Below are positions 26,935-36,404 of a stretch of 64,000 nucleotides of DNA, piece after piece. Within the stretch, counting starts at the first letter, position 1. Each line of letters starts with the position of its first letter. The DNA is from an uncultured Actinomycetota bacterium (GTDB lineage Bacteria; Actinomycetota; Actinomycetes; Mycobacteriales; CADCTP01): positions 71,993 through 135,992 of the forward strand of contig CAWKIV010000002.1 in assembly GCA_963849885.1 (NCBI GenBank). Direction: 5' to 3'. A program made the position numbers and the translations under genes. The notes under the pieces were generated by a model. That model was given only the letters and a program-made list of their open reading frames with translations. It had not been told where the DNA came from and searched no databases.

Positions 26935-28098
26935 GTGACCGATACGGTGGGTGATCAGCAGGACACGGGTCCGCTGTCCGGACTGCTCGTCGTCGACCTC
27001 ACCCGGGTGCTGGCCGGCCCGTTCGCCACCATGATGATGGCCGACCTGGGCGCCCGGGTGGTCAAGGTGGAGCGGCCCGGCAGCGGCGACGACTCCCGGG
27101 CGTACGGGCCGTTCGTGGCCGGCCGGTCGACGTACTTCGCCCGGGTCAACCGGGGCAAGCAGTCGATCGCGCTGGACCTCAAGGACGACGCCGACCGGGC
27201 CGTGCTGGTCGCGCTGGCCGAGCGCGCGGACGTGCTGATCGAGAACTTCCGGCCCGGCGTGATGGACCGGCTCGGGCTCGGCTGGTCCGCGCTGTCGGCC
27301 CGCAACCCCCGGCTGGTGTACGCGTCGGTGTCCGGCTTCGGGCAGACCGGGCCGTGGCGGCAGCGGCCGGCGTACGACACGGTGGTGCAGGCCGCGGCCG
27401 GGATGTTCGCCATCACCGGGCCGGTGGACGGCCCGCCGACGAAGATGGGCACCTCGATCGCCGACCTGTCCGCCGGCCTGTACGTCTTCGGCGCGGTGCT
27501 GGCGGCGCTGCGCGGCCGGGACCGGACCGGGCGGGGCGCGCAGGTGGACGTGGCCATGTTCGACGCCGCGCTGTCACTGCTGGAGGGCGCCGCGCTGCAC
27601 TACCTGGCCCGCGGCACCGAGCCGCCCCGGCTGGGCAACGCGCACCACTCGATCTCGCCGTTCGGCACGTTCCGGTGCGCGGACGAGCCGATCGTGGTGT
27701 GCGCCGCCAACGACGGGCTCTTCGGCGTGCTGTGCGCCGTGCTGGGCTGCCCGCAGCTGGTCACCGACGCCCGGTTCGCCGACAACGGCGGCCGGTCCAC
27801 CCACCGGGACGAGCTGGCCGTCGAGCTGGAGGCCGCGCTGGCCGGCGCCCCGGCGGCGGACTGGCTGACCCGGCTGGACGCGGCCGGGGTGCCGTGCAGC
27901 CCGGTCGGGCGGGTCGGGGAGGCGCTGGACTCCGCGCAGGCGGCGGCCCGGCGGATGGTGGTCAGTGCCGGCGGGCTGCCGATGCCGGGCAACCCGATGA
28001 AGATCGCGCCGTACCCGGACCCGGCGGACCGGCCCGGCCCGCCCGACCTGGACGAGCACGGCCCGGCGATCCGCTCCGAGCTGGGCCGGCCGCGCTGA
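26935..28098 (+). CDS. Family III CoA-transferase (CaiB/BaiF)
   Basis: GTG 26935 within track ORF 26677..28098. The family signature is [35 protein letters not shown]...[12 protein letters not shown]...[12 protein letters not shown]. Confidence 0.85.
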   Translation: MTDTVGDQQDTGPLSGLLVVDLTRVLAGPFATMMMADLGARVVKVERPGSGDDSRAYGPFVAGRSTYFARVNRGKQSIALDLKDDADRAVLVALAERADVLIENFRPGVMDRLGLGWSALSARNPRLVYASVSGFGQTGPWRQRPAYDTVVQAAAGMFAITGPVDGPPTKMGTSIADLSAGLYVFGAVLAALRGRDRTGRGAQVDVAMFDAALSLLEGAALHYLARGTEPPRLGNAHHSISPFGTFRCADEPIVVCAANDGLFGVLCAVLGCPQLVTDARFADNGGRSTHRDELAVELEAALAGAPAADWLTRLDAAGVPCSPVGRVGEALDSAQAAARRMVVSAGGLPMPGNPMKIAPYPDPADRPGPPDLDEHGPAIRSELGRPR

Positions 28099-28860
28099 CT
28101 AGTGGACGAACTTCTCGCGCGCGGCCAGCGCCGCGCCGACGATGCCGGCGTTGTTCAGCAGCTCGGCCGGCTTCACCCGGGCCCGCAGGTCCAGCAGCGG
28201 CAGCCACTTCTCCGAGTTCTTGCTGATGCCGCCGCCGACCACGAACAGGTCCGGGGTGAACAGCCGCTCCACGTGCGTCATGTAGCGCTGCACCCGCTTG
28301 GCCCACTGCTTGTACGACAGGCCCTCGTTGTCCTTGGCCGCCGACGACGCGCGCTTCTCCGCGTCGTGCCCGTCCAGCTCCAGGTGGCCGAGCTCGGTGT
28401 TGTGCACCAGCTTGCCGTCCACCAGCAGCGCGCTGCCGATCCCGGTGCCGAACGTCAGCAGGATGACCACGCCGTCCACGCCCTTGGCCGCGCCGAAGCG
28501 GGCCTCGGCCAGCCCGGCCGCGTCGGCGTCGTTGAGCACGGTGACGTCGAGCCCGGTGATGTCGGTGAAGACCTTGTCGACGTCGGTGCCGATCCAGCTC
28601 TTGTCCACGTTGGCGGCGCTCTGCGCCACCCCGTGGTTGATCACCGCGGGGAAGGTGCAGCCGAGCTCGCCCGTCCAGCCGGCCTCCCGGACCAGCCGGG
28701 CGACGACGTCGGCCACCGCCTGCGGGGTGGACGGGTGCGGCGTCAGGTACTTCACCCGCTCGGTGGCCAGGTCGCCCCGGACGAGGTCCACCATGGCGCC
28801 CTTGATCCCGCTGCCGCCGATGTCCACGCCGAACGCGGTGGTGCCCTTCCTCCTCGGCAT
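28099..28860 (-). CDS. ppgK: Polyphosphate glucokinase (ROK family)
   Basis: ATG 28860 within track ORF 28099..28896. The motifs are [16 protein letters not shown]...[10 protein letters not shown]...[15 protein letters not shown]...ELGHLELDG. Its position next to sigA matches the mycobacterial arrangement. Confidence 0.9.
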   Translation of the reverse strand: MPRRKGTTAFGVDIGGSGIKGAMVDLVRGDLATERVKYLTPHPSTPQAVADVVARLVREAGWTGELGCTFPAVINHGVAQSAANVDKSWIGTDVDKVFTDITGLDVTVLNDADAAGLAEARFGAAKGVDGVVILLTFGTGIGSALLVDGKLVHNTELGHLELDGHDAEKRASSAAKDNEGLSYKQWAKRVQRYMTHVERLFTPDLFVVGGGISKNSEKWLPLLDLRARVKPAELLNNAGIVGAALAAREKFVH

Positions 28861-28904
28861 GGTGCCTCCCCTCGCCCGTACCGACCCTAGTGGCACGTGG
28901 TCGT

Positions 28905-29738
28905 ATGAACCCCATGCCCACTTCGGACGCCGCTGATTGCACCGGGGCGGACCCGGCCGCCGAGGAGTTGCGGGCGGTCGCCGAGCAGCTCGCCCGCGGC
29001 GCCGGCGAGCTGGTCGCCCGGGCCCGCGGCACCGGGCCGGTCGAGGTCAAGAGCACGCCGACCGACCTGGTCACCGAAGTGGACCGGGAGGCCGAGCGCT
29101 GGCTGGCCGGCCGGCTGGCCGAGCTGCGCCCGGACGACGGGCTGCTCGGCGAGGAGGGCGCGGAGCGGGCCGGCGGCAGCGGCGTGCGGTGGCTGCTCGA
29201 CCCGATCGACGGCACGGTCAACTTCCGGTACGGCCTGCGCCCGTACGCGGTGTCGGTGGCGGCCGAGCGGGCCGGGCGGATGGTGGCCGGCTGCGTGCAC
29301 GACCCGACGTCGGGGGAGACCTTCAGCGCCGCGCTCGGCGGCGGCGCCCGGCTGGACGGCGCGCCGATCGGCGGCCGGTGGGTGGCGGCCGGGCTGGACA
29401 CGGCCGTGATCGCCACCGGCTTCGGCTACGCGGCGGCGCTGCGCGGCGGGCAGGGCCGGGTGCTGGCCGGGGTGCTGCCCCGGGTCGGCAACGTGCGCCG
29501 GCTCGGCTCGGCCGCGCTGGACCTCTGCTACGTCGCGGCCGGCCGGCTGGACGGCTACTACGAGCACGGCCTGCAGCCGTGGGACCGGGCCGCCGGCGAG
29601 CTGGTCGCCGCGGAGGCCGGCGCCCGGGTGTCCGGCCTGCGCGGCCGGCCCCCGGGCGCGGTGACGGTGGCCGCCTCGCCGGCGGTCGCCGGCGAGCTGT
29701 GCGCGCTGCTGGAGGAGCTCGGCGCCGACGAGCTGTGA
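28905..29738 (+). CDS. suhB: Inositol monophosphatase family protein
   Basis: ATG 28905 (or 28914) within track ORF 28890..29738. IMPase motifs are present: DLVTEVDREAE, LLGEEG, WLLDPIDGTVNFRYG and the terminal WDRAAGELV. Confidence 0.85.
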   Translation: MNPMPTSDAADCTGADPAAEELRAVAEQLARGAGELVARARGTGPVEVKSTPTDLVTEVDREAERWLAGRLAELRPDDGLLGEEGAERAGGSGVRWLLDPIDGTVNFRYGLRPYAVSVAAERAGRMVAGCVHDPTSGETFSAALGGGARLDGAPIGGRWVAAGLDTAVIATGFGYAAALRGGQGRVLAGVLPRVGNVRRLGSAALDLCYVAAGRLDGYYEHGLQPWDRAAGELVAAEAGARVSGLRGRPPGAVTVAASPAVAGELCALLEELGADEL

Positions 29739-29766
29739 CGCCGGCGCCGGCTCCGCGCTCAGCGGG

Positions 29767-30432
29767 TCAGCTGCAGGCGTCCGCCATCGCGGCGCGGAAC
29801 AGCTCGAAGGTGCGCACGGCCGACTCGGCGGTCTGCCGCTGCAGCTCCTCGTCGCCCTCGGTCAGCTCGGCCAGCAGCTCGCGGGAGATGCGGCTGTGCT
29901 CGACGTCGCCCTCCTGGTGCACGGCCACCCAGCGGCCGCCGTCCTCGCCGAGCCGCTCGGCGAAGCCGGGCGTGTAGGCGCCGGTCATCACGGCGGCGCC
30001 GGTCTCGATGCAGTAGTTGACCGCGGCGATCGCCAGCGGCATCGGCGCGGTCTTGCTGACCTGGTCGAGGTGGTCGGACAGGGTCTGCATGGCCGGGCGC
30101 AGGGTGACGTCCTGGAAGTCCTTCTCGGTCAGCCCGTACGCCCTGCCCATGTCGATCCACCAGGCCCAGTGCGCGGCTTCCTCCTCCTCGTTCTCGTTGA
30201 GGAACTCGTGCGCCTTGGTGCCGGGCTCGACCCGCTCCTTCATGGCGGCCAGGTAGAAGGGGAACGGCTGCACGATGCCGATGCCGGCCTGCACCATCGA
30301 GCGGCGCATCGTTTCGGGGTCGTTCTCGACCTTGCGGGGGAACTCCAGCATGGCCTCGAGGTAGGGGCGGCACCGCTCGTCGAGCTCGCGGAGCCAGGTG
30401 GGGGTCGTGTTCAGCACGGTGGATTCGCTCAT
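29767..30432 (-). CDS. Heme-oxygenase-like / iron-containing redox enzyme family protein (tentative)
   Basis: ATG 30432 within track ORF 29767..30513. It is a helical protein with acidic and His clusters (EEEEAAHWAWWIDMG, NYCIETGAA, HQEGDVEHS) reminiscent of the TenA/PqqC-like fold. The assignment was made by eye only. Confidence 0.5.
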   Translation of the reverse strand: MSESTVLNTTPTWLRELDERCRPYLEAMLEFPRKVENDPETMRRSMVQAGIGIVQPFPFYLAAMKERVEPGTKAHEFLNENEEEEAAHWAWWIDMGRAYGLTEKDFQDVTLRPAMQTLSDHLDQVSKTAPMPLAIAAVNYCIETGAAVMTGAYTPGFAERLGEDGGRWVAVHQEGDVEHSRISRELLAELTEGDEELQRQTAESAVRTFELFRAAMADACS

Positions 30433-30613
30433 GTCACGTCCTCGGTGTCGGGGTCGTGGCTGTGGACGCCGGCGGCGCCATCCCAAGTGCCCGATTCCTG
30501 CCTCACAGGGCATCAGAACACCGGGTTGTACCGATCTTAAGTTGGCCTCCTGATGGCGTCAATTCGTCCGGTTCCCGCGCGGGGCGGTCCCGGGGAGGCG
30601 ATAGCGTCGGCGC

Positions 30614-31645
30614 GTGCCGACCGCTCCGGGCGCCGATCCCGCCGTCGTCGGGCCGTACCTGGCCCGCGTCCTCGACGACCCCGGCTGGCGGGACTGCACG
30701 GTGGAGGTGATCGCCGGCGGCCGCTCCAACCTCACCTACACCGTCACCGCGCCGCCCGGCGCGCTGGTGCTGCGCCGCCCGCCGCTGCGCGCGGTGCGGC
30801 CGACCGCGCACGACGTCGGCCGGGAGCACCGGGTGCTGTCCGCGCTGGTCGGCACCGCGGTGCCGGTGCCCGAGCCGGTGCACCTGTGCACCGACCCGGC
30901 CGTGCTGGGCGCGCCGTTCTACCTGATGCGCCGGGTGGACGGCGTGGTCGTGCGCGGGGACTTCCCGCCCGGGTACGCGGCCGCGCCGGCCGACCGGGTC
31001 GCGATCACCCACGCGCTGGTCGACGTGCTGGCCGACCTGCACGCGGTGGACCCGGCCGCGGTCGGGCTGACCGGCTTCGGCCGGCCGGACGGCTACCTGG
31101 CCCGGCAGCTGCGCCGCTGGCTGGGGGAGTGGGAGGCGCTGCGGGACGCCGACCTGCCGGCGGTGGACGCGCTGGCCGCCGAGCTGGCCCGCGCGGTGCC
31201 GGCGGCGCCGTCCGGCCCGGTCGTGCACGGCGACTACCGGCTGGACAACGTGATCCTCGACGCCGCCGACCCGAGCCGGGTGGCCGCCGTGCTGGACTGG
31301 GAGATGTCCACGCTGGGCGACCCGCTCGCCGACCTCGGCCTGCTGCTCGTCTACTGGCAGCAGGGCCGGCCGCCGGACTCGCCGGTGGTCACCCCGTCGG
31401 TGACCGCGCAGCCCGGCTTCCCGACCCGCGCCGAGGTGGTCGAGCGGTACGCGGCCCGGACCGGGCGGGACGTCTCGGCGCTGCCCTGGTACGTCGGGCT
31501 GGGGTTCTTCAAGCTCGCCGTGGTGGTCGCCGGCATCGTCGCCCGGCACCGGGCCGGCGCGATGGCCGACAACACCGACGACGGGCTGGCCGGGGTGATC
31601 GAGCCGCTGGCCGAGGGTGGCCGGGAGGCGCTCGCCGGCCGGTAA
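30614..31645 (+). CDS. Phosphotransferase (APH/choline-kinase-like) family protein
   Basis: Track ORF 30614..31645. It has the catalytic loop VVHGDYRLDNVIL and the DWEMSTLGDPLADL motif. Confidence 0.85.
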   Translation: MPTAPGADPAVVGPYLARVLDDPGWRDCTVEVIAGGRSNLTYTVTAPPGALVLRRPPLRAVRPTAHDVGREHRVLSALVGTAVPVPEPVHLCTDPAVLGAPFYLMRRVDGVVVRGDFPPGYAAAPADRVAITHALVDVLADLHAVDPAAVGLTGFGRPDGYLARQLRRWLGEWEALRDADLPAVDALAAELARAVPAAPSGPVVHGDYRLDNVILDAADPSRVAAVLDWEMSTLGDPLADLGLLLVYWQQGRPPDSPVVTPSVTAQPGFPTRAEVVERYAARTGRDVSALPWYVGLGFFKLAVVVAGIVARHRAGAMADNTDDGLAGVIEPLAEGGREALAGR

Positions 31646-31747
31646 CGATCCGGTGGATGCCGCCGAAGATCACCCGGACGGGCGATCGGACGCTACCCTG
31701 AGTCCCATGGGGACCGCGCTCGGTATGGGCGGCCGGAGCTCCGCGCG

Positions 31748-32323
31748 GTGGGCGCGCTGAGCCATCCGGACGGTGCGCCGCGGCGTCCGTCCCGGTTCCG
31801 ACCCCGCTACCGGACCCGGCTGCGCCGGGCGCTGCCCGGGCTGGTGCTGCTGCTGGCGCTGTCCCTGCTGGCCGGGGGCGTGTGGCTGCGGGTGCTGGAC
31901 CGGGTCGACGCGGGCGCCAGCACCGCCGCGGCGGGCTGCGCCTCCGCCGGCACGGCGGCCGTCCGCCGGATCGAGGTGCGGGTCTACAACTCCACCGTCC
32001 GGGAGGGGCTGGCCCGGTCGGTGGCCGACCAGCTGCGCGGCCGCGGCTTCGTGGTGATCACCACCGCCAACGACCCGCTCATCGACATCCGGGACGTGCG
32101 GGTCGCGGCCGAGGTCCGGTACGGGCCGGCCGGGGCCAAGCAGGCCGAGCAGGTCCGCCGGCAGGTGCCGGGGGCCAAGCTGTTCCGGGACACCCGGGAG
32201 GACGCCGTGGTCGACCTGGCCCTCGGCGCGGCGTACAAGCGGCTGGCCACCGAGGCCGAGCTGGCCAAGGGCCGGCAGGGGCTGCGCGGGGCGGTCCCGG
32301 CCCCGACCACCCCGGCCTGCTGA
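31748..32323 (+). CDS. LytR_C domain membrane-anchored protein
   Basis: Track ORF 31748..32323. A basic N-terminus and one TM helix (LPGLVLLLALSLLAGGVWL) precede VRVYNSTVREGLARSVADQLRGRGFVV, the LytR C-terminal domain pattern. Confidence 0.75.
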   Translation: MGALSHPDGAPRRPSRFRPRYRTRLRRALPGLVLLLALSLLAGGVWLRVLDRVDAGASTAAAGCASAGTAAVRRIEVRVYNSTVREGLARSVADQLRGRGFVVITTANDPLIDIRDVRVAAEVRYGPAGAKQAEQVRRQVPGAKLFRDTREDAVVDLALGAAYKRLATEAELAKGRQGLRGAVPAPTTPAC

Positions 32324-32950
32324 GTGGACCTCGGGTTCCGGCCCAGCCGGGACGGCTTCCGGTTCGGCAACTCGTGGCCGCGCGGCGCGCCGGTGAAGCT
32401 CGCCGGGATGCCGTTCGGCCGGGTGCACGGCGGCCTGTGCGGCGGGATGGCGTACGCGGCCGGGCAGGCCTGGCTGGCCGGCCGGCCGCTGCCGGACGAC
32501 GCGGTGGCGCCGGCCCGCGGCCCGCTGGCCGACCGGCTGTGGCGGGCCCAGCTGGCCAGCCTGGACCTGCCGCTCGGGCCGCTGCGCTACCTGTGGTTCC
32601 AGCTGCCGCCCGGCGAGGACCGGCGGCGCCGGCTCACGCTGACGCACGGACTGCCCCGGCTGCGGGAGTCGCTCGCCGCCGGCACGCCGGCGCTGGTCGG
32701 GCTGGTCCGGGTGGTCTCCTGGGACCCCCGGCAGGTGGTCAGGCACCACGTCGTGCTCGGCTACGGGCTGCGGGAGACCGCGGCCGGCGCCGAGGTGGCG
32801 GTCTACGACCCCAACCACCCGGGCGACGACTCGGTCCGGCTGCTGGTCACCCCGGCCGGCACGGTCACCCACACCGGCGGTGGCGCGGTGGCCGCCTTCA
32901 CCGTGGTCGGCCGCCCCGGCGGACCCGGGCGGCCCGCTGCCCGGACCTGA
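32324..32950 (+). CDS. Hypothetical protein with possible Cys/His (papain-like) motif
   Basis: Track ORF 32324..32950. The GTG lies immediately after the upstream stop. Candidate catalytic elements are GGLCGGMAYAAG, HHVVLGYG and VYDPNHPG. I recognise no family. Confidence 0.5.
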   Translation: MDLGFRPSRDGFRFGNSWPRGAPVKLAGMPFGRVHGGLCGGMAYAAGQAWLAGRPLPDDAVAPARGPLADRLWRAQLASLDLPLGPLRYLWFQLPPGEDRRRRLTLTHGLPRLRESLAAGTPALVGLVRVVSWDPRQVVRHHVVLGYGLRETAAGAEVAVYDPNHPGDDSVRLLVTPAGTVTHTGGGAVAAFTVVGRPGGPGRPAART

Positions 32951-33992
32951 CCGCCCGGGCCAGCTCCCGCCAGCGCCGGCGCTGCTGGGCCCGCAGCCGC
33001 GCGTCGTACCGGTCCCGCAGCCAGGCCGCCTCCCGCTGCAGCCGGGCGTGCCCGGCCACCCGGCGGGCGGGCAGCTCGCCGGAGGCGACCGCGTCGGCCA
33101 CCGCGCAGTCCGGCTCGCCGGCGTGCCGGCAGTCCCGGAACCGGCACCGCCGGGCCAGCTCGACCACGTCCGCGAAGGCCTGGTCGACCCCGCCGCCGGT
33201 CTCCCACAGCCGGACGCCGCGCAGGCCGGGGGTGTCCACCACCGCGCCCAGCCCGGGCAGCAGGGTCAGCTCGCGGGCGGTGGTGGTGTGCCGGCCCTTG
33301 CCGGCGGCGCCGACCGCGCCGACCTTGGCCACCTCGGCGCCGGCCAGCGCGTTGAGCAGGCTGGACTTGCCGGCGCCGGAGACGCCGAGCAGCGCCGCGG
33401 TCCGGCCCGGGCGCAGGTGGCCGCGCACGTCGTCCAGCCCGCGGCCGTCGACCGTGCTGGTCAGCAGCACCGGCGCGGCCAGCGCGGCCTCGGCCACCTC
33501 GTCCCGCTCGGTCTCCGCGGTGCGGGACAGGTCGGCCTTGGTGAGCACCACCACCGGCTGCGCGCCGGAGTCCCAGGCGACCGCGAGCAGCCGGTCCAGC
33601 CGGGCCGGGCTGGGCGCCGCGGCCAGCGAGACCAGCACCAGCACCACGTCCACGTTCGCGGCCAGCGCCTGCCGGGCGGCGGCCCGGCCGGCGGCGCCGC
33701 GGGCCAGCTCCGTCCGCCGCGGCAGCCGGGCCACCACCTGGTCGCCGTCGGCCAGCACCCAGTCGCCGGTGACCAGCGGGGTGCCGGCGGTGCCGGTCAT
33801 GCCGGCGGTGCCGGCGGTGCCGGCGGTGCCGAGGACGTCGCCGGCGGCGGTGGCCAGCAGCGGGCGGCGGGGGTCCGAGCGGACCACCCGGGCCGGCGCG
33901 GCCGCGGGCGCGAGCCGGTCGGCGGCCGTCGCCGCCCACTCGTCGTCCCAGCCGAGCAGCCGGAGCCGCTCCTCCTGCCCGTGCGCGCGCAC
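32898..33992 (-). CDS. rsgA: Ribosome small-subunit-dependent GTPase A
   Basis: GTG 33992 inside shadow ORF 32898..35516. It has the P-loop GVSGAGKSSLLNAL, DTPGLRG, and the C-terminal zinc knuckle CRFRDCRHAGEPDCAV. Confidence 0.85.
   Translation of the reverse strand: MRAHGQEERLRLLGWDDEWAATAADRLAPAAAPARVVRSDPRRPLLATAAGDVLGTAGTAGTAGMTGTAGTPLVTGDWVLADGDQVVARLPRRTELARGAAGRAAARQALAANVDVVLVLVSLAAAPSPARLDRLLAVAWDSGAQPVVVLTKADLSRTAETERDEVAEAALAAPVLLTSTVDGRGLDDVRGHLRPGRTAALLGVSGAGKSSLLNALAGAEVAKVGAVGAAGKGRHTTTARELTLLPGLGAVVDTPGLRGVRLWETGGGVDQAFADVVELARRCRFRDCRHAGEPDCAVADAVASGELPARRVAGHARLQREAAWLRDRYDARLRAQQRRRWRELARAVRSGQRAARVRRGGRPR
33781..33834. repeat. 9-bp tandem repeat, about 6 copies (gtgccggcg) inside rsgA
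   Basis: Read directly from the sequence. On the minus strand it encodes GTAGTAGTAGMTGTAGT, within the N-terminal OB-fold region of RsgA. Confidence 0.8.
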
Positions 33993-34226
33993 GGTCCACC
34001 TCCCCACCGACCGGTAAAGTTGGCACCTCGTCGCCGGTCCGCCGGCGACTCGGAGATCATCCGCGCGCCGCTGCGCCGGACCCGTTGACGGGCACGGTAA
34101 CGTTCCGCGGCCACTGCGCCGAAGGGGTTTCCGGCCGGCCCGGCCGGTCCCCGCTCGCCGGGCACAAAACCGCGCCCCGATGCGTTGCCCGCACGCCACC
34201 CGCACGACCTCAGGAGTGACCACAGT

Positions 34227-34529
34227 ATGGCTACCGACTACGACGCGCCTCGCCGCAGCGAGGTCGACGAGCTTGGGGAGGACTCGCTCGAGGAGCTCAA
34301 GGCCCGGCGCGCCGAGGCCCAGTCCGGCTCCATCGACGTCGACGAGGCCGAGCTCAACGAAAACCTGGAGCTGCCCGGGGCGGACCTGTCCGGTGAGGAG
34401 CTCACCGTACGAGTGCTGCCCAAGCAGGAGGACGAGTTCACCTGCTCGAGCTGCTTCCTGGTCCACCACCGCAGCCGGCTCGCCGGCCAGCGCAACGGCC
34501 AGCCGGTCTGCCGCGACTGCGCGGCCTGA
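34227..34529 (+). CDS. DUF4193 protein
   Basis: ATG 34227 (CAGGAG upstream) within track ORF 34185..34529. An acidic N-terminus is followed by FTCSSCFLVHHRSRLA...PVCRDC. Confidence 0.85.
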   Translation: MATDYDAPRRSEVDELGEDSLEELKARRAEAQSGSIDVDEAELNENLELPGADLSGEELTVRVLPKQEDEFTCSSCFLVHHRSRLAGQRNGQPVCRDCAA

Positions 34530-35030
34530 CCGGGCGACCCTGATCCCGGCCGTGGTGCGCGTGCTCCGGCTGCCGGGCCGCCGGACCGACCGGCGACCCG
34601 GGGCCGACGCGCGCCCGGATCCCGGCTCCGCGGAGGTGCCGGATCCCGGCGCCGCGCCGGGGCCGGCGGCGGCCGGAGCCGGCGCCGGCGGCTCGGCGGC
34701 GGCGCCTCGGCGTCGCTCGGTGAGCTGGTGGCCAAGCTGCGCCACCACGCGCGGCCGAGTCCACCGCGCGCGCTCGACCCCGCGGCCGGCGTCGCCGGGC
34801 TGGCCCGCGCCGCTCGGGTCGCGGCCGCTCGAGGCGCCGGCGCCGGGTTCCTGCGTGCACCGGCAGCGGCTCGCAGACATGCTCGAAGCTCGCGCCGTTC
34901 CTGGCCGGATCGCCGTCGCCGGCGCCGCGGTCAACCGCCGGGCCACCCGCGCGCTGGGCGACCGGCTGACCGCCGAGCTGCGGGGCCGCCACCCCACCGT
35001 GCTGCGCGGGTAGCCGGGTAGCGTGCCCCC

Positions 35031-35561
35031 GTGCTCCCTGTGCCACCTGTGCCGCCGGCCGACCCGGCGTCCCCCGCTCCCGCCGTCGAGGTCCTGGTCC
35101 AGCGGCTCGACCCGGGCGTGCCGCTGCCCGCGTACGCGCTGCCCGGCGACGCCGGCGCCGACGTGGTGACCACCGTCGACGCCGAGCTCGCCCCGGGGGA
35201 GCGCGCGGTGCTGCCGACCGGGCTCGCGCTCGCGCTGCCGGAGGGCTACGCCGCGTTCGTGCACCCGCGCTCCGGGCTGGCCGCCCGGTGCGGGATGTCG
35301 CTGGTCAACGCGCCCGGCACGGTCGACTCCGGCTACCGCGGCGAGGTGAAGGTCATCGTCATCAACCACGACCCGGTGCACCCGCTGCGGCTGGCCCGCG
35401 GCGACCGGATCGCCCAGCTGGTGCTGCAGCGGGTGGAGCGGGCGGTGTTCCGGGCGGTGGACGCGCTGCCGGAGTCGGCCCGCGGCGCCGGCGGGCACGG
35501 GTCCACCGGCGGCCACGCCGGGCTGGTCGGTGCCCTCGACGGCTCCACCGGGGAGGCGTGA
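35031..35561 (+). CDS. dut: dUTP diphosphatase
   Basis: Track ORF 35031..35561. The dUTPase motifs are GDAGADV, HPRSGLA, GTVDSGYRGEV, RIAQLV and GGHGSTG. Confidence 0.95.
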   Translation: MLPVPPVPPADPASPAPAVEVLVQRLDPGVPLPAYALPGDAGADVVTTVDAELAPGERAVLPTGLALALPEGYAAFVHPRSGLAARCGMSLVNAPGTVDSGYRGEVKVIVINHDPVHPLRLARGDRIAQLVLQRVERAVFRAVDALPESARGAGGHGSTGGHAGLVGALDGSTGEA

Positions 35562-36361
35562 TGGCGCTGGGTCGGCGCGGCCGGAAGTCGGAGCGCGCGA
35601 AGCTGGACGCGACCCCGCCGTGGGCCACCGAGAAGGAGCGGGACACCGACCTCACCACGGGGCCGTACGACGAGCTGGACAGCCCGGAGGACGAGCTGGA
35701 GCGCCTCGACCTCGGCGCGCTGCGGATCCCCGTGGTGGCCGGGGTCGAGGTCCGCGTCGACGTCAACCCGGAGGGCCAGGTCATCGCGGCCACCCTGTCG
35801 TACGGGGGGAGCGAGGCGCAGGTCGGCGCGTTCGCGGCGCCGCGGACGGCCGGGATCTGGGACGACATCCGGGCCGAGATCCGCGGCTCGATCACCGGCC
35901 AGGGTGGCACCGTGCAGGAGGGCAAGGGCCGGTTCGGCACCGAGCTGGTCGGCCGGGTGCCGGTGCAGGGCGGCTACCAGTCGGTGCGGTTCGTCGGGGT
36001 GGACGGGCCGCGGTGGTTCCTGCGGACGCTGTTCACCGGGCAGGCGGCGACCGACCCGGCCCGGGCGTCGGTGCTGGAGGACGCGGTCCGCAACATCGTG
36101 GTGGTCCGCGGCACCTCGCCGATGCCGGTGCGCGACCCGCTGCCGCTGGTGCTGCCGCGCGAGGTCGCCGAGCAGGCCGAGCAGAGCCACGGCGCGCACG
36201 CCGCCCCCGACGACCCGGCCGACCCGGCCGACTTCGACGAGGAGCCGGAGCCGGCGCCGGACGACGCCGAACCGGCGCCGGCCGCCGCCGAACCGCCCGC
36301 CGACGACCCGGCGCCCCCGCCCCCCGCCGGCCGCCGCCGCGCCGACCGCCGCCGTCGCTGA
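35561..36361 (+). CDS. DUF3710 protein
   Basis: ATG 35561 overlaps the dut stop (TGATG), at the end of track ORF 35288..36361. The sequence GPYDELDSPEDELERLDLGALRIPVVAGVEVRVDV...FVGVDGPRWFLRTLFTG matches the family found next to dut in actinobacteria. Confidence 0.85.
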   Translation: MALGRRGRKSERAKLDATPPWATEKERDTDLTTGPYDELDSPEDELERLDLGALRIPVVAGVEVRVDVNPEGQVIAATLSYGGSEAQVGAFAAPRTAGIWDDIRAEIRGSITGQGGTVQEGKGRFGTELVGRVPVQGGYQSVRFVGVDGPRWFLRTLFTGQAATDPARASVLEDAVRNIVVVRGTSPMPVRDPLPLVLPREVAEQAEQSHGAHAAPDDPADPADFDEEPEPAPDDAEPAPAAAEPPADDPAPPPPAGRRRADRRRR

Positions 36362-36404
36362 CCCACCCCACCCCGCCACCCGCCCCCAGCTGCCCACCCG
36401 CCCT

